From positions 32,001 through 96,000 of the forward strand of contig JBIJDH010000003.1 in NCBI GenBank assembly GCA_044344255.1: 64,000 nt of DNA, given 5' to 3'. A model generated the notes under the pieces. It was not told the DNA's origin and made no database searches. It saw nothing but the letters and a program-made list of their open reading frames with translations. How positions within the stretch are numbered: the stretch's first letter is position 1; every line of letters begins with the position of its first letter. Shown piece after piece: positions 20,968 to 31,009 of this stretch. Both the position numbers and the translations under genes were made by a program. Origin of the DNA: Myxococcota bacterium (GTDB lineage Bacteria > Myxococcota_A > UBA796 > UBA2385).

Positions 20968-23262
20968 ATGCCCGTGAACACTGAGACCTTGCAGCAAACC
21001 TGGGCGGAGGGGCCCGGCGTCACCGTCGGCGGTGCCTGCCCGTCCGCGCCGAGGGCCGAGCTCCTGGCCGGTCGGTACCAGCTCGGTCGGGAGATCGGGC
21101 GGGGCGGCAACGGCGTCGTGGTGGAGGGGATCGATCAGCTCACCGGGGAGCGCGTGGCGGTGAAGCGGGTGCGCGCCGGCTCACCCGCTGAGCTGCGCCT
21201 CGCCCGCCGTGAGGTCGCCTCGCTGCGCTGGCTCGATCTCCCCGGCGTGGCCCACCTCCTCGACGACGGCATCGAGGCTGGGGAGTGGTACCTCGTGATG
21301 GACTTCGTCGAGGGCAGCGCCTTCCCCGACGGAGATCGTGTCTGGCGCTGGGATGAGCTCGAAGGGCCCGCTGTCCAGCTCCTCGATGTCCTCGAGCGTG
21401 TGCACGAGGCGGGCATCTTCCACGGTGACCTCAAGCCCGGCAACGTGCGGCTGCGGCCGGATGGGCGGATCGTCGTGCTCGACTTCGGCATCGCGGCCGG
21501 GCGGGCGCTGCCCAGCCGTGGGCCCGATCCCCTCGCAGGCACCCTCCACTACATGTCCCCCGAGCGGCTCCGCGGGGCGCCCCTCGACGCTCGCGTCGAC
21601 CTCTACGCCATCGGGCAGATGCTCCACGACGCGCTCACCGGCGATGGGCGGGAGAAGCTCGAGGTGCGACCGGGGCTGCCCGTGGAGGTCGTCGAGCTCG
21701 TGCGCGCCCTCTTCGCCCGCCGCCCGGAGGATCGCCCGGAGAGCGCGGAGGCGGCCCTGGCGCGCCTCGGCCACCCCCCGGTGCGGCTCACCGACGGCCT
21801 CTGCCCCGGCCGACCCTGGGACGAGGCGGCCCTCCGCGCGCTCTTCGCCGGCCCCGACGCCTTCCTGCACCTGCGCGAAGACGCCGCGCGGGTGCTCTGG
21901 CAGCGGGCGGGCCGCACACCGGCGGCGGTGGAGGCGGAGCTCCAGCGGTGGGTCCGGGCGGGGCTCGCGCGACCGGAGGGCGGCAAGGTGGTGATCGATC
22001 GGCTGGCGATCGAGCTCTTGGAGGATCGACCCCAGGAGCGGCGCCTCCGCGCGCTGCTCCGCGCGCGGGCCTCGGGGGAGGAGACGGTCACCGAGGTGCT
22101 CGCGGTGGCCGGGCGCTGGATGCGGAACGGGCAGCCGCGGCGAGGCTTGTCGACCCTGCTGCTGGGCCTGGACGTGGCCCGGCGGGAGCAGCTGGTCGAG
22201 GTCGAGGAGGCCCTCCTGTTGAGCATCGCCGCCGCGGCGATGTCGGAGCAGCGGCGGCCGCCGATCCGCCGGGCGCGCGTGGAGATCGCCCGCTCCGGGC
22301 TCTCGAGCGCCGCCCTCGACGGCGCGGACCGCATCCTGCACGCCCTCGACGCCGACCTGTGTGGAACGGTGGCCCTCGTCCCTGCCTTGGTGGGCGGACT
22401 GCCGACCCACCCGAATGAAGAGCTCGAGATCTGGCGGGCCGGCCTCCTCGTGCGCGCGGGGCGCCTCCCCGCCTCCGAGGAGCATCGCCTCATCGGCCTC
22501 GAGGGCTGGGCCAGCACCCCCCGCCGTCGGGCCCGCTGGCTGGCCTGGCAGGGCAACTTCAAGTACCTGCAGGGCGACTACCCGAGCGCGGCGGCGATGC
22601 ACCTCGAGTCCTCCGCCCTCCGCGAGACCCGCCACGAGTACATCGTGTCTACCTTGAACGCCGCCGAAGCTCACATCGACGCGGCCGCGCTGGACGAGGC
22701 CGCGAGCCTCGCCCAGGCTGCACGGTTTGAGGCGGCGCGTGGGCGATTGCCGCGTGAAGAGGTGCGCGCCACCACCCTCGTGCGCTCGGCCCGCCTCCGG
22801 GCCCGTAAGCCCCAGGTCGCCGCGCCCGAGCTCGCCGAGGCCGCGCTGCAGGTGGACCTCTTCGAAGGCGCGAAGCTCGCGCTGGTCGAGGCGGTGGTGG
22901 CGTGGGACGCGGGAGACCCGGCAGGAGTGCGGGGCCTCGCGCTCCGCGCGGCGGAGGCCTTCGAGCGGGTCGGTCGCCTGCTCCCCGGCTTGCTCGGGCG
23001 CGGGCTGGCCTGTGCGGCAGGCGCTTCGGTGGAAGGCCTGCTGCAGGCCGTCACCCGGGCGCCGCTGGAGCAGGCACCCGCCATCGGCGTGCAGATCTAC
23101 GGCCTGCTGGCCCTCGGCGGACACGCGTTGACGGTGGCCGAGCATGACCGGGCGGCGCGACTCGCTGCCAGCTGGCCGCTCGAACGCTGGGATGAACGCA
23201 GAGAGGTCCTCAGTGTGCGAGAATCCCTCGCCGCTCTTTCCGTTGCGTCGGGCTCCGACTGA
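20968..23262 (+). CDS. Ser/Thr protein kinase with a C-terminal helical/TPR-like region
   Basis: Motifs IGRGGNG, VAVK, HGDLKPGN, DFG and GTLHYMSPE, then an Ala/Leu-rich helical C-terminus. Start set at MPVNT. Confidence 0.88.
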   Translation: MPVNTETLQQTWAEGPGVTVGGACPSAPRAELLAGRYQLGREIGRGGNGVVVEGIDQLTGERVAVKRVRAGSPAELRLARREVASLRWLDLPGVAHLLDDGIEAGEWYLVMDFVEGSAFPDGDRVWRWDELEGPAVQLLDVLERVHEAGIFHGDLKPGNVRLRPDGRIVVLDFGIAAGRALPSRGPDPLAGTLHYMSPERLRGAPLDARVDLYAIGQMLHDALTGDGREKLEVRPGLPVEVVELVRALFARRPEDRPESAEAALARLGHPPVRLTDGLCPGRPWDEAALRALFAGPDAFLHLREDAARVLWQRAGRTPAAVEAELQRWVRAGLARPEGGKVVIDRLAIELLEDRPQERRLRALLRARASGEETVTEVLAVAGRWMRNGQPRRGLSTLLLGLDVARREQLVEVEEALLLSIAAAAMSEQRRPPIRRARVEIARSGLSSAALDGADRILHALDADLCGTVALVPALVGGLPTHPNEELEIWRAGLLVRAGRLPASEEHRLIGLEGWASTPRRRARWLAWQGNFKYLQGDYPSAAAMHLESSALRETRHEYIVSTLNAAEAHIDAAALDEAASLAQAARFEAARGRLPREEVRATTLVRSARLRARKPQVAAPELAEAALQVDLFEGAKLALVEAVVAWDAGDPAGVRGLALRAAEAFERVGRLLPGLLGRGLACAAGASVEGLLQAVTRAPLEQAPAIGVQIYGLLALGGHALTVAEHDRAARLAASWPLERWDERREVLSVRESLAALSVASGSD

Positions 23263-23353
23263 GCCGCGCGCGGCGCTCACCCTCCAACGGCCTCTCGAAT
23301 GAGGGCCGCCCCCCACTCCAAACGCCGCGAGCCTCGGCGATCACGGGTCCACC

Positions 23354-24100
23354 ATGACGAAAGTCTTGCTCACGAGCAACCCCCTACGCGTGGTCGGCGC
23401 CGCGCTTCGAGGCCCCGAGATCTTCGAGGGGTCCTACGTCGTCCAGAAGATCCCCACGGCGACCGAATTCGAGCCGCTGGGGCAGATCTTCGCCTACAAC
23501 CGCACCGTCTCGGGTGGCGCCCCGACCTATGAGGAGAACTGGACGACCAACGAGCCCACCCTGGCACAAGGTAATTTTGTGGCCGCGGCCAACGTCCCGC
23601 CGCCCAGCCCCGCCTACCTGACGGCGAACACGGGCTTTCAGCTCGTCGAGATGGGCGGCGCCGACGCTTGGGAGATTGAACGCCAGCGTCTGCTGAACCC
23701 ACCTTCCCCCATCACGTCCATCCGCAGGCTCCACTCCCGTCAGGAGGCGAAGTGGGTGGCGGTGGCGCAGAACGCGCAGCCGAACGCTGTCTCCTACAAC
23801 AATGTCAATGGGCCTTTCGGTTTCGAAGTGCGTAACCTCAGCAAGCTCCCCAACTCCATCGTGGTGAATATCCGTCGCGGCTTCCTCATCCGCACCGTGG
23901 TCAACACTGTGTGGCACGACGTCTGGTACCTCTACGGAAGCTACCAGGCGCCTCGGGGCGGCACGGTCGCGAACGGTGGGCTGATCACCCGGGTCCAGGC
24001 TCCCTCGGGGCAAACCAGCGGCACCTTCAGCTTTGGGGAGCCCGTCGCCTGGACGATCGACATCACGTACGCCTGGAGCGTGCTCGACAGTAATAGCTGA
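23354..24100 (+). CDS. Hypothetical 248-aa beta-rich protein, Asn/Thr/aromatic-rich, no signal peptide
   Basis: Clean ORF with non-shadow amino-acid composition, co-oriented between the kinase and the protease. Confidence 0.8.
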   Translation: MTKVLLTSNPLRVVGAALRGPEIFEGSYVVQKIPTATEFEPLGQIFAYNRTVSGGAPTYEENWTTNEPTLAQGNFVAAANVPPPSPAYLTANTGFQLVEMGGADAWEIERQRLLNPPSPITSIRRLHSRQEAKWVAVAQNAQPNAVSYNNVNGPFGFEVRNLSKLPNSIVVNIRRGFLIRTVVNTVWHDVWYLYGSYQAPRGGTVANGGLITRVQAPSGQTSGTFSFGEPVAWTIDITYAWSVLDSNS

Positions 24101-24149
24101 GTTCTCAGGCGTATCAAGTTTGGCCTGTTTCGCGTTGAGGTGTGTTCAC

Positions 24150-26366
24150 ATGGCTCGTCGTCCAGTCTCTGCGGGTGCGCCTGCTGTCCCGACTCCGCCT
24201 TCATCCTCCGTCTTCGAGGCGACCGCGCTCCGCAGCGTGCTGCTGCGCTTGCCCGGCGAGCGGCGGGGCCGCCGGCTCACGTCCGATGAGCTGTTCCGGG
24301 CGGAGAACCGCCGGATCTTGGAGCTCGGTCGGACGTTCGCCGCCTACTACGAGGCGGACGCCCTCGAGCCGGCGGTGCATCGGCCGGTGTTCGCCGATGA
24401 GGTCGTGCTCACGCTCTCGGTGTGGCGCCGCGGGGGTGGCCCGGGTCGCCTCCGCATCCGCGTCGGTGATCTCCGCGGGGATGGCCCCCTCTCGCGGCCG
24501 CAGCTCCGGCGCGCCCGCGAGAGCCTGCGCGCGGGGAGGCTCGTGGGGTCCTTCCCCCGTCAGCCGCGCCGCTCGGACACCCTCGCCCAGCAGGCGCGTC
24601 GCCACGTCTCTGAGCTCGTCGTGGAGCCCGTCGTCCGCTCTTCGCGCGACCTCCGCGGGGCGCTGCGCAGCGGCGGTGAGCTGCTGGGCGGGTGGCTCCG
24701 CGTGCGGTGCTCGAACCGGGCCGACGCCCACAAGGTGGTGCGCATCCTCGAGGACCACCCCGGGGTGGCCGAGTGCTTCTTGGAGAGCTCCACCGCCCGG
24801 TTCCGCCGCGGGAGCGCGGACGGCGGGGGCGACGACGCGGAGGCCCTCGACTTCGCCTTCGAGGGCGGCGTCACGGAGGGGAGCCCCCGCCTCGCCCAGC
24901 GGTATCGGTTCGCCGCGCCCGAAGGGGTGGGGGCCGACGTGCTGGACGTGCTGTCGGTCCCGGGTGGCGATGGCGCGGGGGTCCACGTCGTCGACGTGGA
25001 GGAGGGCTGGTGGCAGGGCAAGCCGCTGATCGCCAAGGGCGCCAAGAAGAAGGGGAGTGGAGGGATGCGGGTGATCGGGCGAGTCGGCGGTCACCCCGAC
25101 CTCCCGCTGGCCGATGAGACCGAGCCCCCGAGCGTGCAGGGCGCCGCGGCTTGGCACGGCGCGCGGGTGATCGGCGTGATCTCCAGCCGAGCGGACGGTG
25201 CGGACAGTGGCATCCTCGGCCTCGCGCCTGCGGCCTCGCTCGGCCTCGTCGGGGCCTTCGCCGCGTCGCCAGGCGGCGAGATCGAGGGGGCCTACGAGGA
25301 TGACGTGACAGGCGCCCTCGCCCACGTGCTCGAGCAGGTCGTGTCCTCGGACCGGCCCTTCGTCGTGCTGCTCGAGGTCCAGACCTACAACCCCGACCAC
25401 CCCGAGGACCCCGCCCACATCGGCCCCGTCGTGCTCCGCACCGACGTGCGCTCCGCGGTGAGCGCCCTCGTGGAGGCCGGCGCTGTGGTCGTCATCGCCA
25501 GCGGGAACCGGTCCCTGGCCACGCTGGGGGACCGGCCCGAGGAAGCCAATTTCGACGGTGATCTCGTCCGCGAGCTGCGGCAGGGGCGCTCGGCCACGCT
25601 CCGCGTCCGGGACCTCGACATCGGCGGCGGGGGCCTGCTCGTCACCTCGGGGGTCTGGGATCGTGCGGCGGGGCGGTGGCTCCGCAAGGCCGAGTCTGTG
25701 TTCGGCCAGGAGGTCGAGCTCTTCGCCCACGGAGCGGGGGTGCTCACCACGGACTTCCGCGTGTCTACCGAGGACGGCACCGTGTCCCGCGACGCCCGGC
25801 TGACCGACCAGTTCGCCGACACCTCGGCCGCCGCCGCCATCGTCGCCGGCGCGGCCGCGGTGGCCTGCTCGCTCGGGCTGGCGGCGGGCCGCCGGCTGAG
25901 CTCGGCTCACGTTCGGGCGCTCTTCGCACAGAGCGAGACCCTCGGCTACACCCGCGGGACCGTCGACCGGCCGACGGAGTGGGTCCCTGCCTTCAAGATG
26001 CCAGACCTCGTCCGGATCGCGGCCTCGCTCGAGCTCTTGCCGGGCCTCCGCATCCGGGGAGCCGCGCAGGGTGGACGTGCGGTGACGGTCGAGCTCGTGA
26101 GCGGGGAGGGGTCGGCGCAGGGGCTCTCCCTCACGGCGTACGGGCCGGCGGGGCGGGTCGCCACAACCCCCCTCCGCGGCGCCGGTTCGGTCACCCTCGT
26201 GGGCGAGATCACGAAGGTGCTCCTCCACTTTGGAGAGACGCCCGCCGCCAGCCACCCGGCGCTCGATCCCCGGAGCGCGTCCTGGCGCGAGCTCGTGGAT
26301 CGGGGCCTCGCCTTGGCCCTCACGGGCTCGGCCTTCCAGGGTGGCGGGGGCGCGGCGGCGCGCTGA
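24150..26366 (+). CDS. S8 (subtilisin-like) serine peptidase without an evident signal peptide
   Basis: Catalytic-like D (VHVVDVEEGW), H (WHGARVIGVI), oxyanion N (IASGN) and S (DTSAAAAIVAG). Confidence 0.8.
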   Translation: MARRPVSAGAPAVPTPPSSSVFEATALRSVLLRLPGERRGRRLTSDELFRAENRRILELGRTFAAYYEADALEPAVHRPVFADEVVLTLSVWRRGGGPGRLRIRVGDLRGDGPLSRPQLRRARESLRAGRLVGSFPRQPRRSDTLAQQARRHVSELVVEPVVRSSRDLRGALRSGGELLGGWLRVRCSNRADAHKVVRILEDHPGVAECFLESSTARFRRGSADGGGDDAEALDFAFEGGVTEGSPRLAQRYRFAAPEGVGADVLDVLSVPGGDGAGVHVVDVEEGWWQGKPLIAKGAKKKGSGGMRVIGRVGGHPDLPLADETEPPSVQGAAAWHGARVIGVISSRADGADSGILGLAPAASLGLVGAFAASPGGEIEGAYEDDVTGALAHVLEQVVSSDRPFVVLLEVQTYNPDHPEDPAHIGPVVLRTDVRSAVSALVEAGAVVVIASGNRSLATLGDRPEEANFDGDLVRELRQGRSATLRVRDLDIGGGGLLVTSGVWDRAAGRWLRKAESVFGQEVELFAHGAGVLTTDFRVSTEDGTVSRDARLTDQFADTSAAAAIVAGAAAVACSLGLAAGRRLSSAHVRALFAQSETLGYTRGTVDRPTEWVPAFKMPDLVRIAASLELLPGLRIRGAAQGGRAVTVELVSGEGSAQGLSLTAYGPAGRVATTPLRGAGSVTLVGEITKVLLHFGETPAASHPALDPRSASWRELVDRGLALALTGSAFQGGGGAAAR

Positions 26367-26381
26367 GCGCCCCCTGGGGGC

Positions 26382-26843
26382 TCAGGTGCCGGGCGCGCCG
26401 GCCGGTGCTTCACCGACCCCAAAGGCCACGATGCGGGCGCGCAGGTCCTCGGGGATGCGCACCGGCCGGAACCAGTCGGGGGCGCCGGGCTGGAGGCCGA
26501 TCATCACCACACGGCTGAGGCCGGTCGCGCGGAGGGCGAGGTCCGCGCCGACGACCCGGAAGTCGAGGCGGAGGCTGCTCCCGCCCAGCTCGCCCACGCG
26601 GAGCTCGACCGTGAGCCGCTCTCCTGGGCGACAGGGGCGCTTGTAGTCGGCCTCGGCGTGGGCGGAGGGGAAGCCGTGGCGCTCCAAGACCTGAGCATAG
26701 GGGAGGCCTAGGGCCTCGCCGAACCAGGCCTCCATCGCTTGATGGAACCAGTCGAAGTAGCGGGGGAAGTACACGACGCCGGCGGGGTCACACTCCCCGA
26801 AGGTGACGGTGCGGGCGTGCCGGAAGGGGCTCCGTTGGGGCAT
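26382..26843 (-). CDS. Acyl-CoA thioesterase (4HBT/YbgC hot-dog fold)
   Basis: Motif ECDPAGVVYFPRYF. Confidence 0.9.
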   Translation of the reverse strand: MPQRSPFRHARTVTFGECDPAGVVYFPRYFDWFHQAMEAWFGEALGLPYAQVLERHGFPSAHAEADYKRPCRPGERLTVELRVGELGGSSLRLDFRVVGADLALRATGLSRVVMIGLQPGAPDWFRPVRIPEDLRARIVAFGVGEAPAGAPGT

Positions 26844-26998
26844 GGGGGCGTCCGGGAACGGGAGTATCGGCTGACGGGAGGCGGCCGGGGCAGTGGGGCA
26901 TTATCATCGGCGGCCCGGTAGACGGTCGGGGTGTCGCGCACGGCGCCGGACCCCCACCGAGCCGCCGCTGGGCGCTGACCTGGACCTTGGAGCCTTCG

Positions 26999-27874
26999 AT
27001 GTCGAGTCCTGTGGATGTGCCGGTCGATGTTCCGGTTGCTGGGATCGAGCCGGCGTCTTCGAGCGTGGCCACCGCGGTGATCCACCCCGTGGCCCCGGTG
27101 GTGCTCGCGCCCTTTGAGGCGGTGATCACCCTGCTCCGGGATCGACGGGCGGCGCTCGACGCCCGGCAGGGCGCGCTCGAGCTCAGGGGCCTCGTGCTCT
27201 GCCTCGCGCTCCTCGTGCCCACGAGCGCCCTCTACATCCACTTGGTGAACGAGGGCCCCTACAGCCTGGACACCGCCTCCCCCGCGGTCCTCCAGGGGGC
27301 GGGCGTGGTGGTCCTGCTGGGCGCCGTGCTGCTCGCCAGCCTCGTCGCCATGCCCCCGGGCGCCGGGCTGCGGTGGACGAAGCGGCGCGCCTGGGAGGAT
27401 CGGCTCATCGGGCCCTCCTTCCAGGGTCGTTCCGGTCTCGAATTTTCGACGATGAACGCAGGGGATCGAAGCCCGGAAGGCGAGACGCGCACCCTCGAAT
27501 TCGTGCGGGCGGTCTTCGCGCCCGGGCTGCACTGGGGCCCGATCCCGGCGGCGCTCCGCGACGTGACCTTCGCCGAGTTTCAGCGCCTCTGGAGCGGTTG
27601 GTTCCTCGTCGAGCGACAGACCGCCGCGCTGCGCCGATGCTTTCGGTTGGGGGCGCTGGGGCTCTTGCTCGGCGGGCTCGGCCTCATGGTGGAGAACAGC
27701 GGCGGCTCCAACCTCGGGCCCTCGGGCCTCCCGCCCGCGGGCGGCCTCCCTTCGAACCTCGCGCCCGGCGGCGGGACCCAGGGCGGCGGGATGCAGGGCG
27801 GCGGGATGCAGGGCGGCGGCGTTCAGGGAGGTGGCAAGCAGGGTGGCCAACAGGGTGGTCAGGGCGGGCGTTAG
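26999..27874 (+). CDS. Hypothetical membrane protein with a C-terminal (QGGGM)n tail
   Basis: About three hydrophobic segments and GGMQG repeats. Confidence 0.6.
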   Translation: MSSPVDVPVDVPVAGIEPASSSVATAVIHPVAPVVLAPFEAVITLLRDRRAALDARQGALELRGLVLCLALLVPTSALYIHLVNEGPYSLDTASPAVLQGAGVVVLLGAVLLASLVAMPPGAGLRWTKRRAWEDRLIGPSFQGRSGLEFSTMNAGDRSPEGETRTLEFVRAVFAPGLHWGPIPAALRDVTFAEFQRLWSGWFLVERQTAALRRCFRLGALGLLLGGLGLMVENSGGSNLGPSGLPPAGGLPSNLAPGGGTQGGGMQGGGMQGGGVQGGGKQGGQQGGQGGR

Positions 27875-30306
27875 CCGCGCTCGGCTGCGGCGCGCTCCGC
27901 CGGCGCTGGCGTGGCCTCGGCCAGGAAGCGGCTCGGGACCTGGCTGCGGCCGCGGCTGTCCCGCTCGGCCCAGGACAGGTGCAGGTGGTGGCGCGCGCGG
28001 GTCATGGCGACGTAGAGCAGGCGTCGCTCTTCGTCGATGTCTTCGTCCTTGCCTTCTCGCACCGCGAAGTAGGAGGGCACCCCGCCCTCCACGATCCCCG
28101 GCAAGAAGACTCGGTTGAATTCGAGGCCCTTGGACTGGTGCATCGTCAGGGTACGCACCCCCGCGTTGTCCTCACGACCGTCGCCGTCTTTGGAGAGGGC
28201 CACCCGATCGAGCACGTGGCCGAGGGCGACGGCGGCGGGGAGGCTCGGATCGTCGAGGCGGCGGAGGCGCTGCACGAGGGTGGAGAGGTGGGTGAGGCGC
28301 TCGGGCTCGCCCGGGTACTTGTGGCGGAGCAGCTCCTCGATGATGCGCTCCACCAGCGCCGGCGGGCGGAGGTCGAGGGCGGCCCAGCGAGCGAGGGTCT
28401 CGCGGAGGCGGGCGAAGGCCGGGGCCTGCTGGAAGAGCATCGCCGCGCGTGCCGCCCGCCCCGGGGCCGCCCGCTCGCGGAGCACCGCGGAGAGGGCAGC
28501 GGTGGCGAGCACGTCGTCGAGGGCCCGGTGGGTGGGGATGAAGGGGATGCCGAGCCGCTCGATGAGGATGCCGAGCTTGTAGCGGGGGGCGGCGATCAGG
28601 CGGCGGGCGTCGACCAGGGTGTCGAAGGCGACGTCGAGGCGCAGCGGCAGGCCGAGGCGGCTGGCCCCTGCGCGCAGCATCCGGGTGTCGAAGGTGATGT
28701 TGTGGCCCGCGATCGGGGCGTCGCCGATGAAGGCCGCCAGCGCGCGGAAGACCGCCTCGCGGGGCTTCCCCTCGGCGGCGAGGCGCTCGGCGGTGATGCC
28801 GTGGACCGCGGAGGAGGCCCCGAGCGGCTGATCGGTGCGGAGGAGGGCCGTGAAGCAGTCGGCGGGGTCCTGGTTCCAGCGCCCGCCCCGCAGGCGGAGG
28901 GCGGCGACCTCGATCACGTCGTCCTGGCCGGGGTCGAGGCCGGTGGTCTCGGTGTCGAGGATGATGACGTCCTCGGTTCGGAGGCCCTGGAGGGGATCGC
29001 CGGAGCGGATGACCCGCTCGTCGAGCAGATCGGCGAGGGAGAGGCCGATCGGCCGCCCGGCGAGCACGAGGCGGTCGACGGACTCGGCGCTCACGCCCTT
29101 GACGAGGCGGCGGGTGACCCGGCGGGCCGCGTTCTCGTCGCGGGGATCGTGGACCAGGCGCGCGAGGGCGAGCGCGTCCTTCACCTCCTGGCGGCGGAAG
29201 AACTGGAAGGCCTCCATCGTGGCCGCGGGCACGCCTCGGCGGGCCAGCGCGGCGCCGACCTCGGCGAGCTGGCTGTGGGTGCGCACCAGGACGGCGATCT
29301 CGGCCGGATCCTCACCGGCCTCGATCGCGGCGGCGCAGCGGGCGGCGATGTCATCCTGCTCCTCCCGGGCGGTGGGGTGCTGACTGCGGGTGGGCGGCTC
29401 TCCTCGGGCTGCCCCCACCGCGGGCCGGACGACGCTCGTGCGGCGCAGCATGTGGCCGCCGAGCGCGTCAGCGACGGCGAGGATGGCCTCGGTCGATCGG
29501 AAGCAAGCGGTGAGCAGCAGGCGGCGAACGGGCCCAAAGTCCGCCTCCACCGCCCGCAGCAGGGCGTGGGGGGCCGAACCCCGCCAGCCGTAGATGGTCT
29601 GGTCGAGGTCTCCCACGAGGCACAGCGCCCGCGCCTCGGCGGCGAGCACGCGCAGCACCTCGTACTCGGAGAGGTGGGTGTCCTGGACCTCGTCAACGAC
29701 GATGCTCTCGAAGCGGCGGCTCCAGCGGCTCCGCGGGCCCTCCTCGCGGGTGAGCATGGCGCGGGTGAGCAGCACGAGGCCGGCGAAGTCGAGGGCGCCG
29801 CGGGCGGCCAGGGCGGCGGCGTAGCGGGCGCTCGTGGGGTGGTCGCTGAAGGCCCCGGTCGACCACTGCTCGACGGTGGCCTCGCCCGGGGGCACGGCGG
29901 CGGCGTCGCCGTGGATGCGGTGCATGGCGGTGGTGGGAGCGGCCTCGCCGAGCTCGCGGAGGAGCTCGGTGACGTCCTCCTCGTCGAGGACGCGGAAGTC
30001 GGCCGAGAGCTCGATGGACTCCGCCTCGGCGTGCAGGATCTGGCTGCAGAGGGCGTGGAAGGTGGACACCACCACCCGAGCGGCGACATCCGCACCGACG
30101 GCGCGGGCGAGGCCCTCGCGGAGGTGCCCGGCGGCGCGGTTGGTGAAGGTGAGGGCGAGGACCCGCTCCGGGGCCACCCCGCGGGCGAGGGCGCGGTGAA
30201 CGCGGAGGGCGAGGGTGCTGGTCTTGCCGCTGCCGACGGCGGCCAGCACGAGGACGGTGCCGTCCTGGGCCTCGATCACCGCGGCCTGTTCGTCGGTGGG
30301 GCTCAC
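27871..30306 (-). CDS. UvrD/PcrA-like helicase with an inserted DEDDh 3'-5' exonuclease domain
   Basis: Helicase motifs GSGKT, TFTNRAA, DEVQD, GDLDQTIYGWRG, TMHQSKGLEF and EERRLLYVAMTRA. Exonuclease motifs DTETTG, GHNITFD and HRALDD. Confidence 0.92.
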   Translation of the reverse strand: MSPTDEQAAVIEAQDGTVLVLAAVGSGKTSTLALRVHRALARGVAPERVLALTFTNRAAGHLREGLARAVGADVAARVVVSTFHALCSQILHAEAESIELSADFRVLDEEDVTELLRELGEAAPTTAMHRIHGDAAAVPPGEATVEQWSTGAFSDHPTSARYAAALAARGALDFAGLVLLTRAMLTREEGPRSRWSRRFESIVVDEVQDTHLSEYEVLRVLAAEARALCLVGDLDQTIYGWRGSAPHALLRAVEADFGPVRRLLLTACFRSTEAILAVADALGGHMLRRTSVVRPAVGAARGEPPTRSQHPTAREEQDDIAARCAAAIEAGEDPAEIAVLVRTHSQLAEVGAALARRGVPAATMEAFQFFRRQEVKDALALARLVHDPRDENAARRVTRRLVKGVSAESVDRLVLAGRPIGLSLADLLDERVIRSGDPLQGLRTEDVIILDTETTGLDPGQDDVIEVAALRLRGGRWNQDPADCFTALLRTDQPLGASSAVHGITAERLAAEGKPREAVFRALAAFIGDAPIAGHNITFDTRMLRAGASRLGLPLRLDVAFDTLVDARRLIAAPRYKLGILIERLGIPFIPTHRALDDVLATAALSAVLRERAAPGRAARAAMLFQQAPAFARLRETLARWAALDLRPPALVERIIEELLRHKYPGEPERLTHLSTLVQRLRRLDDPSLPAAVALGHVLDRVALSKDGDGREDNAGVRTLTMHQSKGLEFNRVFLPGIVEGGVPSYFAVREGKDEDIDEERRLLYVAMTRARHHLHLSWAERDSRGRSQVPSRFLAEATPAPAERAAAERG

Positions 30307-30755
30307 CGTTGGCTGAAGATCGTCTCAAAGACGCGGTAGTGGTCGCCGTTCATGCCGACCCGACGGTAGGCCTCCATCGCGGCCGTGTTCCGCGTGTCGA
30401 CGTAGAGCCGGAGCCCGCCGACGCCGGTCTCCAGGGCCTCCTCTCGGACCATCCGGTAGAGCTCGCGGAAGACCCCGCGGCCCCGCGCCTCCGGCCAAAC
30501 ATAGACAGACTGTATCCACCACATGGTCTTGGCCCGCCAGTCGCTCCACTCCGAGGTGGTGAGGAGCTGGCCGACGACCTCGCTCCCCACTTGGGCGACC
30601 CGGTAGCGGCCGAGCGTGGTGTCGGCGAGCACGGCGGCGACGCCGGCGCGGAGGGCCTCCAGGGGGAGCTCGAGCCCTTCGGTCTCGGCGGCGAGGGCCC
30701 GATTGCCCGCGACGAGGCGGTCGAGGTCGCCCTGCTGCGCCTGGCGTAGCTCCAT
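30303..30755 (-). CDS. GNAT family N-acetyltransferase
   Basis: Motifs EWSDWR, WWIQSVYV, RGRGVF and LRLYV..N..A. The start is at 30755 or 30767. Confidence 0.88.
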   Translation of the reverse strand: MELRQAQQGDLDRLVAGNRALAAETEGLELPLEALRAGVAAVLADTTLGRYRVAQVGSEVVGQLLTTSEWSDWRAKTMWWIQSVYVWPEARGRGVFRELYRMVREEALETGVGGLRLYVDTRNTAAMEAYRRVGMNGDHYRVFETIFSQR

Positions 30756-31009
30756 CGGTAGCTCCATCCGTAGGTCCTTCAAGGGTCGCTCCTTCACGGG
30801 CCGCTCCGATCGCCGGCGGGTATCCCGTTCCTCGGCTGGGGTCCCCGGGGCGCGACGGCGCCAGAGGGGGAGGGCCCGACATCCACGGCCGGGGGCTCGA
30901 CACGAGCGAGGCGCCCGTTTCATAATAGGGTGCGAGTCGTCCGTGTCGGTTGTGCCGATGCCCTCGTACACTTGATCCCCCGAGCGTCCAATATGTGGAA
31001 GGCCGCCCT

